The notes beneath the pieces are model-generated. The model was not told the origin of the DNA. It made no database searches and saw only the letters and a list, made by a program, of their open reading frames with translations. 31,693 nt of DNA. It comes from a virus (Duplodnaviria > Caudoviricetes). Location of the stretch: positions 1-31,693 of the IMG/VR virus record IMGVR_UViG_3300016666_000205; one strand, 5' to 3'. Shown one piece after another: positions 17,112 through 24,804 of this stretch. Position numbers and translations under genes: made by a program. Each line of letters starts with the position of its first letter. Within the stretch, counting starts at the first letter, position 1.

Positions 17112-18205
17112 TGTGCAGCTCCCAGAGCTTTGATACGCTTGCTGTAGTTGGCTGTGTGGACCAGGCGCTTGACGGTGTCCACGCGCTGGATGGTCGGATC
17201 GTTTGCCTGTTTGAGCTCCTTGAGCTTGGTCATGCGCTCACGGGCTGGCACCTTGCCTGCCTTGGCTGTCTTGTCTGCCAGATCCTCATAGGCCACCTGC
17301 CACTCATCAAGCGTTTGGTGAACGCTGTAGGGCTGCTCCTTGCCTGGCACCATGAGTGGGTAGCCAACAGGGACTGCAGCCACCTCCTCATCATCCTGGC
17401 CAGGCACACGCTCGACTACCTCGGGGATGTCCACCACCTCAAAGTGATCAAGCATCTTGTCTGCGATGGAGATCGCTTCTTCAATCGCCTGCAGTCCTGG
17501 ATCTGCCTGCTTGGCAGCGAATTCCTCTGCCTCTGCGTCTTGAGCAAAGGCCTGCTCAATGACAACAGGATCTTGAGTTTGTTGCGGAATAGCCACAGGA
17601 GCTGGTTTGGGTGCAGCAATCACATCCAATGGGTTGCGCGGTGTGATGTCCTTGGCCTGGCGTGGCTTGGCCTCATCGGGGTAGTCCTGCGCCTCCTCTG
17701 CGGTGATCAAGCCCTTGAGCACATCAGGGAAGGCATCACGCAGGGCAAAGCCTCGAGCTCGCATCTGCAGCATGCGTTTGGGGTATGCGGTCCATGGACC
17801 CTGCTTGCCCCAGAGGCCGGCACGCTTGGCGTCCTCCACTGAGAAGCGCACGATCACAGGGTTGCGGCCCTTGCGGCGTGCAATGCACACGGCCACAGGG
17901 TTTGGTGTGCCCTCGCCCTCAATGCTCTCATCAACACCATCGCAGACAGGGCTGGCCTGCACCAGCGCCATCATGGCGTCACCGTAGACGCTGGGCTTGC
18001 CGTTGATGACAGCGATGTTCTGCAGCGCTTGCATGGGTGCCAGGCCCATCTCCATCCCCCATTGAACGCAGACCAGGATGTCTTGGGGTTTGCCTTGGTA
18101 GGCCTTGGGCACCATGTTGGAGTTGGCCAGCATCTCGCTGAACTGGATGGCCTCGGTGATGGTGGCTGGCGCAAAGCCTCGCTGGTTGGTGCTGGTCAGT
18201 TGCAT
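17108..18205 (-). CDS. recT: RecT/Redbeta-like ssDNA annealing recombinase (365 aa)
   Basis: MVPKAYQGKP.D, GLAPMQALQNIAVINGKPS, FSVEDAKRAGLWGK.GPW..YPKRML..RA...ALRDAFPD motifs; next to the YqaJ nuclease. Confidence 0.85.
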   Translation of the reverse strand: MQLTSTNQRGFAPATITEAIQFSEMLANSNMVPKAYQGKPQDILVCVQWGMEMGLAPMQALQNIAVINGKPSVYGDAMMALVQASPVCDGVDESIEGEGTPNPVAVCIARRKGRNPVIVRFSVEDAKRAGLWGKQGPWTAYPKRMLQMRARGFALRDAFPDVLKGLITAEEAQDYPDEAKPRQAKDITPRNPLDVIAAPKPAPVAIPQQTQDPVVIEQAFAQDAEAEEFAAKQADPGLQAIEEAISIADKMLDHFEVVDIPEVVERVPGQDDEEVAAVPVGYPLMVPGKEQPYSVHQTLDEWQVAYEDLADKTAKAGKVPARERMTKLKELKQANDPTIQRVDTVKRLVHTANYSKRIKALGAAQ

Positions 18206-18372
18206 GTGTCTTCTCCTGGAAGGTATTGTTTGAATGTCTCAAAGACCAGAGCTGTGATCGCTGTGACCAGCTCATCGGCCTGCTCTTCTGTTGCGTTTGT
18301 TGCGTTCATCGTGGCGACAATGGCGCGGTTGTGGGCCTCGATCAACGGGCCCATCTCCATGGGGTCGCTCAT
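18196..18372 (-). CDS. Hypothetical protein (58 aa; absent from ORF track)
   Basis: Hand-translated as MSDPMEMGPLIEAHNRAIV...LPGEDTCN; overlaps both neighbours. Confidence 0.6.
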   Translation of the reverse strand: MSDPMEMGPLIEAHNRAIVATMNATNATEEQADELVTAITALVFETFKQYLPGEDTCN

Positions 18373-19331
18373 GCCTTGGCCTCTTTGATGGTCAGCGTGG
18401 ACTGTCGGATGGTGTAGGCCTCCTTGGCCGGCACGATCTTCTCTGGCTGCGCCTTGTAGCTGCGTGTTGGCCAGCTGATGGTGTACTTGCCAGCCATGGC
18501 CTTGGTGTGATCGCCAATGAGCTCCTTGAGCTGCTTCTCGACGCGCTCCTTGGTGGCCTCGGCCTCCTTGATCACAGCGTTGGCGCTGACGATCATCTCT
18601 GCCAGGCGCTCTGCTGTTGGATCCAGCGCAATGGGTTGTTCATCTGCTGGGTACTGGCCACGGTGCTCTGGCCACTTCTCGCCATCCTGCGGTGGGTAGT
18701 AATTAACCTCGCCGGTTTCCAACCAGTTTTGCAGGCGCTCCTGAAAGTCGGTGGCCACCTCCGCAATGCGGTCCACGGTTGCCTGGTGTGGTGCAAACAA
18801 GAAGATCCGCAGCTGGGTGCCTTTGTAGAGCGTGGCAATCGCGCCCCACTTCACCTTCATGATGTCCATCTGGGCCTGCAGCTGGATGGGACCGCGCCAC
18901 AGGGGTGGCATGTCTTCAGGTTCCATGGCTGTGAGCTTGGCCTCGATGACACCAAGCCCATCGAGCGTGATGCTGTCCTGGCCAACCACATAGATGCCGG
19001 CATCAGGATCGGTGACGATGACCTGTCCACGGCCCTCTGCTGAACCGTCCAGGCTGCAGCACAGGGGCAGGCTGTCGTGGAAGAAGGCTTTGTCGTGGTC
19101 GATGACCAGGTCGGTCAGCAGCAGACGCTTGGCTGCCTCCTTGAGGATCAAGGGCTCCATCTGGTTGCCCCAATCCATGGACTCATTGCCGATGTCTGGC
19201 CGGTCCTCACCGCGCAGTGCGCGCAAGCTGTACTCGAGCTCATCGTTGGGCATGTTGTAGCGTGACAGGCCCATCACTGATGGGATGCGTGACGCTGAGA
19301 GTGTTGAATCAGGAGTGATCTTACCGACCAT
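18369..19331 (-). CDS. YqaJ/lambda-exonuclease-like nuclease (320 aa)
   Basis: LSASRI, WGN.MEP, CSLDG, IEAKL and QLQAQM PD-(D/E)xK motifs; AAGGAAA RBS before ATG 19331. Confidence 0.85.
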   Translation of the reverse strand: MVGKITPDSTLSASRIPSVMGLSRYNMPNDELEYSLRALRGEDRPDIGNESMDWGNQMEPLILKEAAKRLLLTDLVIDHDKAFFHDSLPLCCSLDGSAEGRGQVIVTDPDAGIYVVGQDSITLDGLGVIEAKLTAMEPEDMPPLWRGPIQLQAQMDIMKVKWGAIATLYKGTQLRIFLFAPHQATVDRIAEVATDFQERLQNWLETGEVNYYPPQDGEKWPEHRGQYPADEQPIALDPTAERLAEMIVSANAVIKEAEATKERVEKQLKELIGDHTKAMAGKYTISWPTRSYKAQPEKIVPAKEAYTIRQSTLTIKEAKA

Positions 19332-19776
19332 GATTGTTTCCTTTCCAAAATAAATTGCGGTCAATAAGACCAACCATTACGACTGACACGCCGAATTGCG
19401 CGGCAACCACTTTGCGTGACACACCACTGCGACAGAGAGATCTGATTTGCTCTGCTTTTGTGGTTGTCAGCTTTTTTCCAGCCCGACCTTTCCTCGCTTT
19501 GTCAGCGTGATTGTCATAGTCGGAGCCAAGAAACAGATGCGATGGGTTGACGCATGATGGGTTGTCACAACTGTGGCAAACATGGAGTCCGTATGTCTCC
19601 CCATGCACACGCTGATAAGCAACTCGGTGGGCGTATTGCAAACCACCAGGGCCACGGTGATTGCGTATCTGCCCATATCCTTTCCCATCATGAGATCCAA
19701 TCCAGAACCAGCAATCGCTGAACGGGATGCGAATGGTCTTTGCCTCCATCCGTTTTTCAAGTGGTGTTTTAACCAT
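19321..19776 (-). mobile_element. HNH homing endonuclease gene with C-terminal HTH (151 aa)
   Basis: CWFWIG....GYG, AHRVAY and VCHSCDNPSCVNPSHLFLG...DN motifs. Confidence 0.88.
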
Positions 19777-20086
19777 GTTCTTTTTCCTTGGTGGTCAGCT
19801 GATAAACCCTCACGACACGGGCGTGTGCTTGGGGATGGGTGGCCTCGGTGTAACCGCATGCCGTGAACTGTTTGGTTTTGAACACTGCGCCAAAGACTGA
19901 TGGGTGCATCTGTGCTGGCAGGCTGACTTGTGATCGGACATCGTTGATGCTGACAGTGCCCTGCTGCTGGCAGATCTCTGCGGCCACCGCTCTGCAGCGA
20001 TTCAAGAACTCAGCATCTCTGACTTGGAAGAGGTCGAGCTGTGCGTCGCGGATGGTGCGACCTATTTGGTTGCTTTGTATTTGCAT
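19769..20086 (-). CDS. Hypothetical protein, possible winged-helix (approx. 105 aa)
   Basis: Fits the operon; VSINDVR...HPSVFGAVF. Confidence 0.6.
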   Translation of the reverse strand: MQIQSNQIGRTIRDAQLDLFQVRDAEFLNRCRAVAAEICQQQGTVSINDVRSQVSLPAQMHPSVFGAVFKTKQFTACGYTEATHPQAHARVVRVYQLTTKEKEHG

Positions 20087-20095
20087 GGCCGGCAC

Positions 20096-20308
20096 TCAGA
20101 AGGTCAACACGATGGTGACGATGGCAGCCCCGTAGAGCCACCACAGGACGGTGTCAGAGAGCTGCTTGGGGGCAGGCTTGGGCTGGTTCAGGAGAACGTC
20201 CTGCAGCCACTGTTGGTCGGCTGAATAGATGTTGTTGAGCTGTGGCTGGTAGGCAGAACCAATGAGCACTTTGCCAGTGTTGTATGGTGCATAAGTGGGT
20301 TTTCGCAT
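20096..20308 (-). CDS. Hypothetical protein with C-terminal TM (70 aa)
   Basis: GGAGA RBS; PYNTGKVLIGSAY motif; hydrophobic C-terminus. Confidence 0.65.
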   Translation of the reverse strand: MRKPTYAPYNTGKVLIGSAYQPQLNNIYSADQQWLQDVLLNQPKPAPKQLSDTVLWWLYGAAIVTIVLTF

Positions 20309-20317
20309 GTTGTCTCC

Positions 20318-20980
20318 TTAGATGCGCTTCAAGAGGTTAGCAACTTGGCTGGCGTGCCAGACGCAGCTGCCGCGAGGGGTTTCGATGTTGCGAGCTGTGA
20401 GCACGCCGGCAATGTCACGCAGGGTTGATGCGCCGCTGCGCTTGATGATGTCGCGCACAACAGGGCCAATGCGCTCGGCATAGGCGTCTGCTTTGGCCTT
20501 GATCACCTTGACGCCAATGGCGCTGCCGATCTCTGGTGTTGGGCAACCAAGTGTGCGGCCCTGTGCTTTGACCTGTGCCAATGCTGACTTTGTGCGCTCG
20601 CTGATCTTGCGGGCTTCCCACTCAGCAAACACAGCCATCATCTGCAAGAACGTGCGGTCTGCTTCTGGCATGTCAGCGCAGACAAAGGGCACGTTTGACT
20701 CCAGCAAACCGCTGATGAAGTGGACGTTGCGAGCAAGGCGATCAAGTTTGGCAATCACAAGGACTGACTTTGTACGCTTGGCCAGGCTCAGTGCGTGAGC
20801 CAGCTGCACGCGATCATTCTTGCGGCCAGACTCGACCTCAGTGAACTCAGCAACCAGCTCTGATTGGCCAATGTGACGGGCAACAGCATTGCGCTGGGCC
20901 TCGAGGCCAAGGCCGCTCTGGCCCTGGCGGTCTGTTGAAACACGGTAGTAGGCGACGAACTTGCCAGTGTGCGCGGTCAT
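20318..20980 (-). CDS. Serine recombinase (resolvase/invertase family) with C-terminal DNA-binding domain (220 aa)
   Basis: YYRVST (catalytic Ser), ESGRK..R, AKLDRLAR and AEWEARKISERTK motifs; GGAGG RBS before ATG 20980. Confidence 0.92.
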   Translation of the reverse strand: MTAHTGKFVAYYRVSTDRQGQSGLGLEAQRNAVARHIGQSELVAEFTEVESGRKNDRVQLAHALSLAKRTKSVLVIAKLDRLARNVHFISGLLESNVPFVCADMPEADRTFLQMMAVFAEWEARKISERTKSALAQVKAQGRTLGCPTPEIGSAIGVKVIKAKADAYAERIGPVVRDIIKRSGASTLRDIAGVLTARNIETPRGSCVWHASQVANLLKRI

Positions 20981-20982
20981 GA

Positions 20983-21243
20983 TCAGGCCTCCAGCTTGTA
21001 GCCGAACATGAAAGCAGGAAGGGACTGCTTGCGGAGCAGGCTGGCTCGGGTGGAAGGATGTTGCTCTGCAACCCACATCCACTTGTCATGAGCCTCCAAG
21101 GCAACGTCATGCTCCAGCAGAGCTGCTTGCGTGAGCTTGTCATTGCCGCCAAAGGTGGTGGCGTACAGCGCGTGACGGGTCAGTGCAAGCTTGGCAGCGT
21201 GGCGAGCTGCTTCTGCACGGGTGAGGGCTTCTTGCTTGGTCAT
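20983..21243 (-). CDS. Hypothetical protein, first gene of the leftward operon (86 aa)
   Basis: AGGAG RBS before ATG 21243; MTKQEALTRAE... Confidence 0.7.
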   Translation of the reverse strand: MTKQEALTRAEAARHAAKLALTRHALYATTFGGNDKLTQAALLEHDVALEAHDKWMWVAEQHPSTRASLLRKQSLPAFMFGYKLEA

Positions 21244-21300
21244 GTTTGAACTCCTGTTTCTCGGTGGTTCTGGTATTGCACCGTGCAACACCATGGCTAG

Positions 21301-21330
21301 ATTATAGCCACAAGTTTTTGAGCCTGTCCA
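21301..21330 (-). promoter_or_regulatory. Leftward sigma70-like promoter
   Basis: Minus strand reads TGGACA-N18-TATAAT; the -10 is overlapped by the palindrome TGGCTA-GATTA-TAGCCA (21294-21310). Confidence 0.6.
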
Positions 21331-21352
21331 ATACCCAAACCCAACTATTTTC

Positions 21353-21367
21353 TAGGGATAAACCCTA
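21353..21367. promoter_or_regulatory. Palindrome TAGGG-ATAAA-CCCTA, likely protein-binding site
   Basis: Perfect 5-bp inverted repeat near the centre of the divergent intergenic region. Confidence 0.5.
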
Positions 21368-21403
21368 AGTTCAGACACAAGCCTAGTGCTGGCCAATTCT
21401 CCG

Positions 21404-21433
21404 AATGTATGATGTGCATCACAGTGATACATT
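21404..21433 (+). promoter_or_regulatory. Rightward -10 (TATGAT) within nested palindromes, likely RHH operator
   Basis: AATGTAT...ATACATT enclosing TGATG-TG-CATCA and ATCAC-A-GTGAT, immediately upstream of the RHH gene RBS. Confidence 0.5.
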
Positions 21434-21442
21434 GGAGAACAG

Positions 21443-21628
21443 ATGGACAAACAAAACAAGCCTTTCATGGTGCGGCTGCGCCCTAGCACCAGAGACTTGC
21501 TGGACAAAGCAGCAGAGGATCAGCGCAGGTCACGCGCCAGCATCATTGACGAGCTCATTCGCAACGCGCTGACAGCACGCTATGCAGATGTGAACAAGAG
21601 ACTTAATGCACTGCTGGGGCAGTCATGA
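21443..21628 (+). CDS. Ribbon-helix-helix (Arc/CopG-like) regulator (61 aa)
   Basis: KPFMVRL beta strand followed by helices DLLDKAAEDQRRSRASIIDELIRNAL. Confidence 0.8.
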   Translation: MDKQNKPFMVRLRPSTRDLLDKAAEDQRRSRASIIDELIRNALTARYADVNKRLNALLGQS

Positions 21629-22821
21629 AGTACCTGTCTGTGTGCAGCGGCATTGAGGCTGCAACTGTGGCGTGGCATCCGCTTGGCTGGAAGCCAGTAG
21701 CGTTTTCTGAGATCGAGCCGTTCCCTTCTGCGGTGTTGGCTCATCACTACCCAACCGTCCCCAATGTGGGCGACATGACCAAACATCAGGAGTGGAACCT
21801 TGAATCAATCGACCTTCTTGTGGGAGGAACTCCCTGTCAATCATTCTCAGTCGCAGGACTCAGAAAAGGATTGGATGACCCTCGTGGCAACCTCATGCTC
21901 ACCTATCTTGCCATTGCTGACCAACGACGCCCCACTTGGTTGGTTTGGGAAAACGTCCCCGGTGTCCTGTCATCTAACAACGGAAAAGACTTTGGAGCCC
22001 TCCTCGGAGGGTTGGCTGAACTCGGGTATGGGTTCGCCTACAGGGTTCTTGACGCTCAGTACTTCGGAGTGGCCCAAAGACGCCGTCGTGTGTTCGTTGT
22101 CGGATACCTTGGAGATTGGCGACCTGCCGCAGCGGTTCTTTTTGAGCGCGACAGCTTGTGCGGGAATCCTGCGCCGAGCAGACAAGCGGGGAAAGGTTTT
22201 GCCAGAACTGCTGGGGCGCTCACTGCAAATGGTGGCGAACTCAATCGACCAGCAGGAAACGCCAACGAACTCGACTTCTGCATCCCAACAGTAGGCGCTA
22301 TGTGCGCTCGAACTGGGCGCAGTAACAGTGTGCAGGATGCAAATCAAGGCCATCTGATGGCCATACCCATCGACAGCATGAACCACATTGGTCGAGGTGA
22401 TCAGCACAGCTTCGGCGACTTTGAGCCTGGTGCGCCTGCCTACACCTTGACCAAGGGGCACAGCCATGCGGTGGCGCAGCCCATTGTGCTCATGGATCAA
22501 GGTGGCAGCGTGATGAATGTGATGACCGATGGCACTGTTGGCACGCTACGCAGGGAAACCAAAGGACATGAGCCAAGTGTGATTCACAACATGGCCGTGC
22601 GTCGCCTCACCCCTGTCGAGTGCGAGCGCTTGCAAGGCTTCCCAGACAACTACACCCAGATCGCTTGGCGTTCGAGTACAGCCCCCAACTGCCCCGATGG
22701 GCCGCGATACAAGGCACTGGGAAATTCAATGGCAGTTCCGGTCATGCATTGGATCGGTAGTCGCATCAAACAAGTAGAGGAGATCATGCATGACACTGCA
22801 AGAAGCAAACAAGCTGCTTGA
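21625..22821 (+). CDS. DNA (cytosine-5) methyltransferase (398 aa)
   Basis: Motifs I (SVCSGIEA), IV (GGTPCQSFS), VI (ENVPG), VIII (QRRRRVF), IX (RRLTPVECERLQGFP) and X (YKALGNS). Confidence 0.93.
   Translation: MKYLSVCSGIEAATVAWHPLGWKPVAFSEIEPFPSAVLAHHYPTVPNVGDMTKHQEWNLESIDLLVGGTPCQSFSVAGLRKGLDDPRGNLMLTYLAIADQRRPTWLVWENVPGVLSSNNGKDFGALLGGLAELGYGFAYRVLDAQYFGVAQRRRRVFVVGYLGDWRPAAAVLFERDSLCGNPAPSRQAGKGFARTAGALTANGGELNRPAGNANELDFCIPTVGAMCARTGRSNSVQDANQGHLMAIPIDSMNHIGRGDQHSFGDFEPGAPAYTLTKGHSHAVAQPIVLMDQGGSVMNVMTDGTVGTLRRETKGHEPSVIHNMAVRRLTPVECERLQGFPDNYTQIAWRSSTAPNCPDGPRYKALGNSMAVPVMHWIGSRIKQVEEIMHDTARSKQAA
21800..22294 (+). CDS. Nested +1-frame protein inside the methyltransferase, M.EcoHK31I beta-like arrangement (164 aa)
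   Basis: AGGAG (21788-21792) lies 7 nt before TTG 21800; the product contains SLSDTLE.GDLPQRFFLSATACAGILRRADKRGK.LP. Confidence 0.6.
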   Translation: MNQSTFLWEELPVNHSQSQDSEKDWMTLVATSCSPILPLLTNDAPLGWFGKTSPVSCHLTTEKTLEPSSEGWLNSGMGSPTGFLTLSTSEWPKDAVVCSLSDTLEIGDLPQRFFLSATACAGILRRADKRGKVLPELLGRSLQMVANSIDQQETPTNSTSASQQ

Positions 22822-22966
22822 CCACGCCAAGGATGGCGCACCAATACCTGCAGAGGTGATTGAAGAAGCGCTGTTCATGACAGGCGATGGTGCGGGCTGG
22901 ATTGACTTCCCCTGCCCTCAGATCGAGCAGTTTGTGGAGTCGCTACGCAAAGAGGGTTTGCTATGA
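22790..22966 (+). CDS. Hypothetical protein (58 aa; absent from ORF track)
   Basis: GAGGAG RBS; MTLQEANKLLDHAKDG...LRKEGLL; ATGA overlap with the next gene. Confidence 0.65.
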   Translation: MTLQEANKLLDHAKDGAPIPAEVIEEALFMTGDGAGWIDFPCPQIEQFVESLRKEGLL

Positions 22967-23424
22967 CAAGCACCCTCCTCTGCCTAGATCTGGGCACCAC
23001 AACTGGCTGGGCATGTCGCACAGCTGATCGCACCATCACCCATGGCTGGGTGTCACTCAAGCCTGGCCGCTTCGAGGGCGGTGGCATGCGTTACCTGCGC
23101 TTCAAGCGTTGGCTGCAGGAACTGCACGGCATGGTCGGTGAGGTCAACGCTGTGTACTTCGAGGAGGTGCGCCGGCATGCCAGCACTGATGCATCGCATG
23201 TCTACGGTGGCCTGATGGCCACACTGACCACCTGGTGTGAGCAGATGAACATCCCATACCAGGGCGTGCCGGTGGGCACGATCAAGAAGCACGCCACGGG
23301 AAAGGGCAACGCAGACAAGGCCGCGATGATCGAGGCCATGCAGCTGCTTGGCCACCCCGTCACAGATGACAACGAGGCTGATGCGCTGGCGCTGCTGCAT
23401 TGGGCCATCAAGGAGAACGCATGA
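22963..23424 (+). CDS. RuvC-like Holliday junction resolvase (153 aa)
   Basis: LCLDLGTTTGWA, YFEEV, IKKHATGKGNADK and DDNEADALA acidic catalytic motifs. Confidence 0.82.
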   Translation: MTSTLLCLDLGTTTGWACRTADRTITHGWVSLKPGRFEGGGMRYLRFKRWLQELHGMVGEVNAVYFEEVRRHASTDASHVYGGLMATLTTWCEQMNIPYQGVPVGTIKKHATGKGNADKAAMIEAMQLLGHPVTDDNEADALALLHWAIKENA

Positions 23425-23540
23425 GCAATATTCTGACGATTGTGACCATCTTGATCATTGGCGCTTTTGTTGGCGTCGCTGTGATTGTCGGCATGGCTGC
23501 GGCCATCGCTGCTCTGGATGAACAGGAGCGCACATGGTGA
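23421..23540 (+). CDS. Small membrane peptide (39 aa; absent from ORF track)
   Basis: AAGGAG RBS and ATGA overlap; MSNILTIVTILIIGAFVGVAVIVGMAAAIAALDEQERTW. Confidence 0.6.
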   Translation: MSNILTIVTILIIGAFVGVAVIVGMAAAIAALDEQERTW

Positions 23541-23713
23541 CACGCAGCTATGTGGTGCTGTACCGCGATGATGAGGGCACCGTGATTGACAGCAAGGAGG
23601 CCGACACAGAGGTGGCCATGCTGCGCCAGCAGGTGGCCGATCTGCGTGAGCTGCTGGACAACGTGCGACGCATCGCGCTCGAGCTAAACCAAAAGATCTT
23701 AGGAAACAAATAA
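23534..23713 (+). CDS. Hypothetical coiled-coil protein (59 aa; absent from ORF track)
   Basis: AGGAG RBS; MVTRSYVVLYRDDEG...KILGNK; TAATG coupling to the next gene. Confidence 0.62.
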   Translation: MVTRSYVVLYRDDEGTVIDSKEADTEVAMLRQQVADLRELLDNVRRIALELNQKILGNK

Positions 23714-23925
23714 TGGACTGCCCAACATGCGGGAAATGGACCGAGGTGAAGGACTCACGGCCACGCAAAGAACAGAACGCAAGGTATCGCCGCTATGAGT
23801 GTGGCAATGGCCATCGCTTCAGCACGCTGGAGCAGATCCTGCCACCAGATGCAGCCAACCAGGCCAGGCTGAGAAACATGGCCAAGGCGCGGCAGGTCTA
23901 CAAAGCAATGAGAGGTTTGGCGTGA
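23713..23925 (+). CDS. Zinc-ribbon protein (NrdR N-terminal / Ogr-like, 70 aa)
   Basis: CPTCG...VKDSR...RRYECGNGHRFSTLE. Confidence 0.75.
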   Translation: MDCPTCGKWTEVKDSRPRKEQNARYRRYECGNGHRFSTLEQILPPDAANQARLRNMAKARQVYKAMRGLA

Positions 23926-24368
23926 TCTCCGGCAAGTCATCTCCCTATTACGGTCAGCTCATGACCGCGAGCTTGCCCAGCGAGGTCAAGAAACTCTGGT
24001 ACAGCCGTGATGAGGAGCTCGATCCCCTGCCCAGCTGGCGCTGGTCATTCGAGATGCAGGCCGACATGGAGCAGCTCGAGCAGCGCGACCTGGTCACCAA
24101 GATCTTGCAGGACACGCCGCTGACAGAACGTGAGGAGCTTGCCATCAGGATGGTTGTCATTGAGGAAGCCACGCTGGATGAGGTTGGCCAAGAGCTCAAT
24201 GTCACCAAGGAGCGGGCGCGTCAGATTTACTTGAGAGGCATCCGACGGTTACGCACACACCAGATCAAGGTCACAGGGGTTGCTGTGTGGTCGCTGGACT
24301 GTGAGGTTATGACATGGAACCGTTACAGCTGGATGCAGCGCCAAGAGAGAGCGAGGGCAAGACAATGA
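23922..24368 (+). CDS. Sigma70 region-4 HTH protein (approx. 148 aa)
   Basis: LTEREELAIRM....ATLDEVGQELNVTKERARQI..RGIRRLR; GTG start overlaps the upstream stop. Confidence 0.8.
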   Translation: MISGKSSPYYGQLMTASLPSEVKKLWYSRDEELDPLPSWRWSFEMQADMEQLEQRDLVTKILQDTPLTEREELAIRMVVIEEATLDEVGQELNVTKERARQIYLRGIRRLRTHQIKVTGVAVWSLDCEVMTWNRYSWMQRQERARARQ

Positions 24369-24577
24369 GCTTATCAATGCATCAAGTCTTCATGCTCAAG
24401 CACTTCGCCATGGGCTGGCGCTTCAAGCTGGACAACAAGGTCAACGGCAGCTGGACAACCTATTGGTCGCTGCGTCGCCGTGGCCTGGTCAATGCTGGCA
24501 GCGTGGTAACCGAGCTGGGTCGCAAGGTGCTGGCCAAGGAGCTGCAGCTGCAGGCCAAGAGAGAGGCCAAGCAGTGA
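24365..24577 (+). CDS. Hypothetical protein (70 aa)
   Basis: ATGA coupling; TYWSLRRRGLV....VTELGRKVL, a wHTH-like ending. Confidence 0.6.
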   Translation: MSLSMHQVFMLKHFAMGWRFKLDNKVNGSWTTYWSLRRRGLVNAGSVVTELGRKVLAKELQLQAKREAKQ

Positions 24578-24804
24578 AGCTCACCAAGCCACGATTCAAA
24601 GCCACCAGCAGCAGGCCGTCACCAGACATGGCTGTGCTGCTGCGTGCCGAGGCCAGAGAGCTGCTGACCACCTGGGAGCAGCTCAAAGACAAGCAGACCA
24701 TTGAGCGCCGGCTGGCAAGGCTGGACAAGATCTACAAACCAGGGGCCGAGACTGAAGTCAGACGGCTCATGCATGAAGTGAAAAGAGATGAGCGCAGTGC
24801 CTGA
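24574..24804 (+). CDS. Hypothetical protein (76 aa)
   Basis: GTGA coupling; fills the operon gap. Confidence 0.55.
   Translation: MKLTKPRFKATSSRPSPDMAVLLRAEARELLTTWEQLKDKQTIERRLARLDKIYKPGAETEVRRLMHEVKRDERSA

Noticed and set aside
20981-21082. Extended N-termini given by the ORF track (recombinase 21082, YqaJ 19373, sigma-4 23799, 24463, 28461)
   Set aside because: Downstream starts have better RBSs or stop/start coupling, and most of the extensions overlap neighbouring genes.
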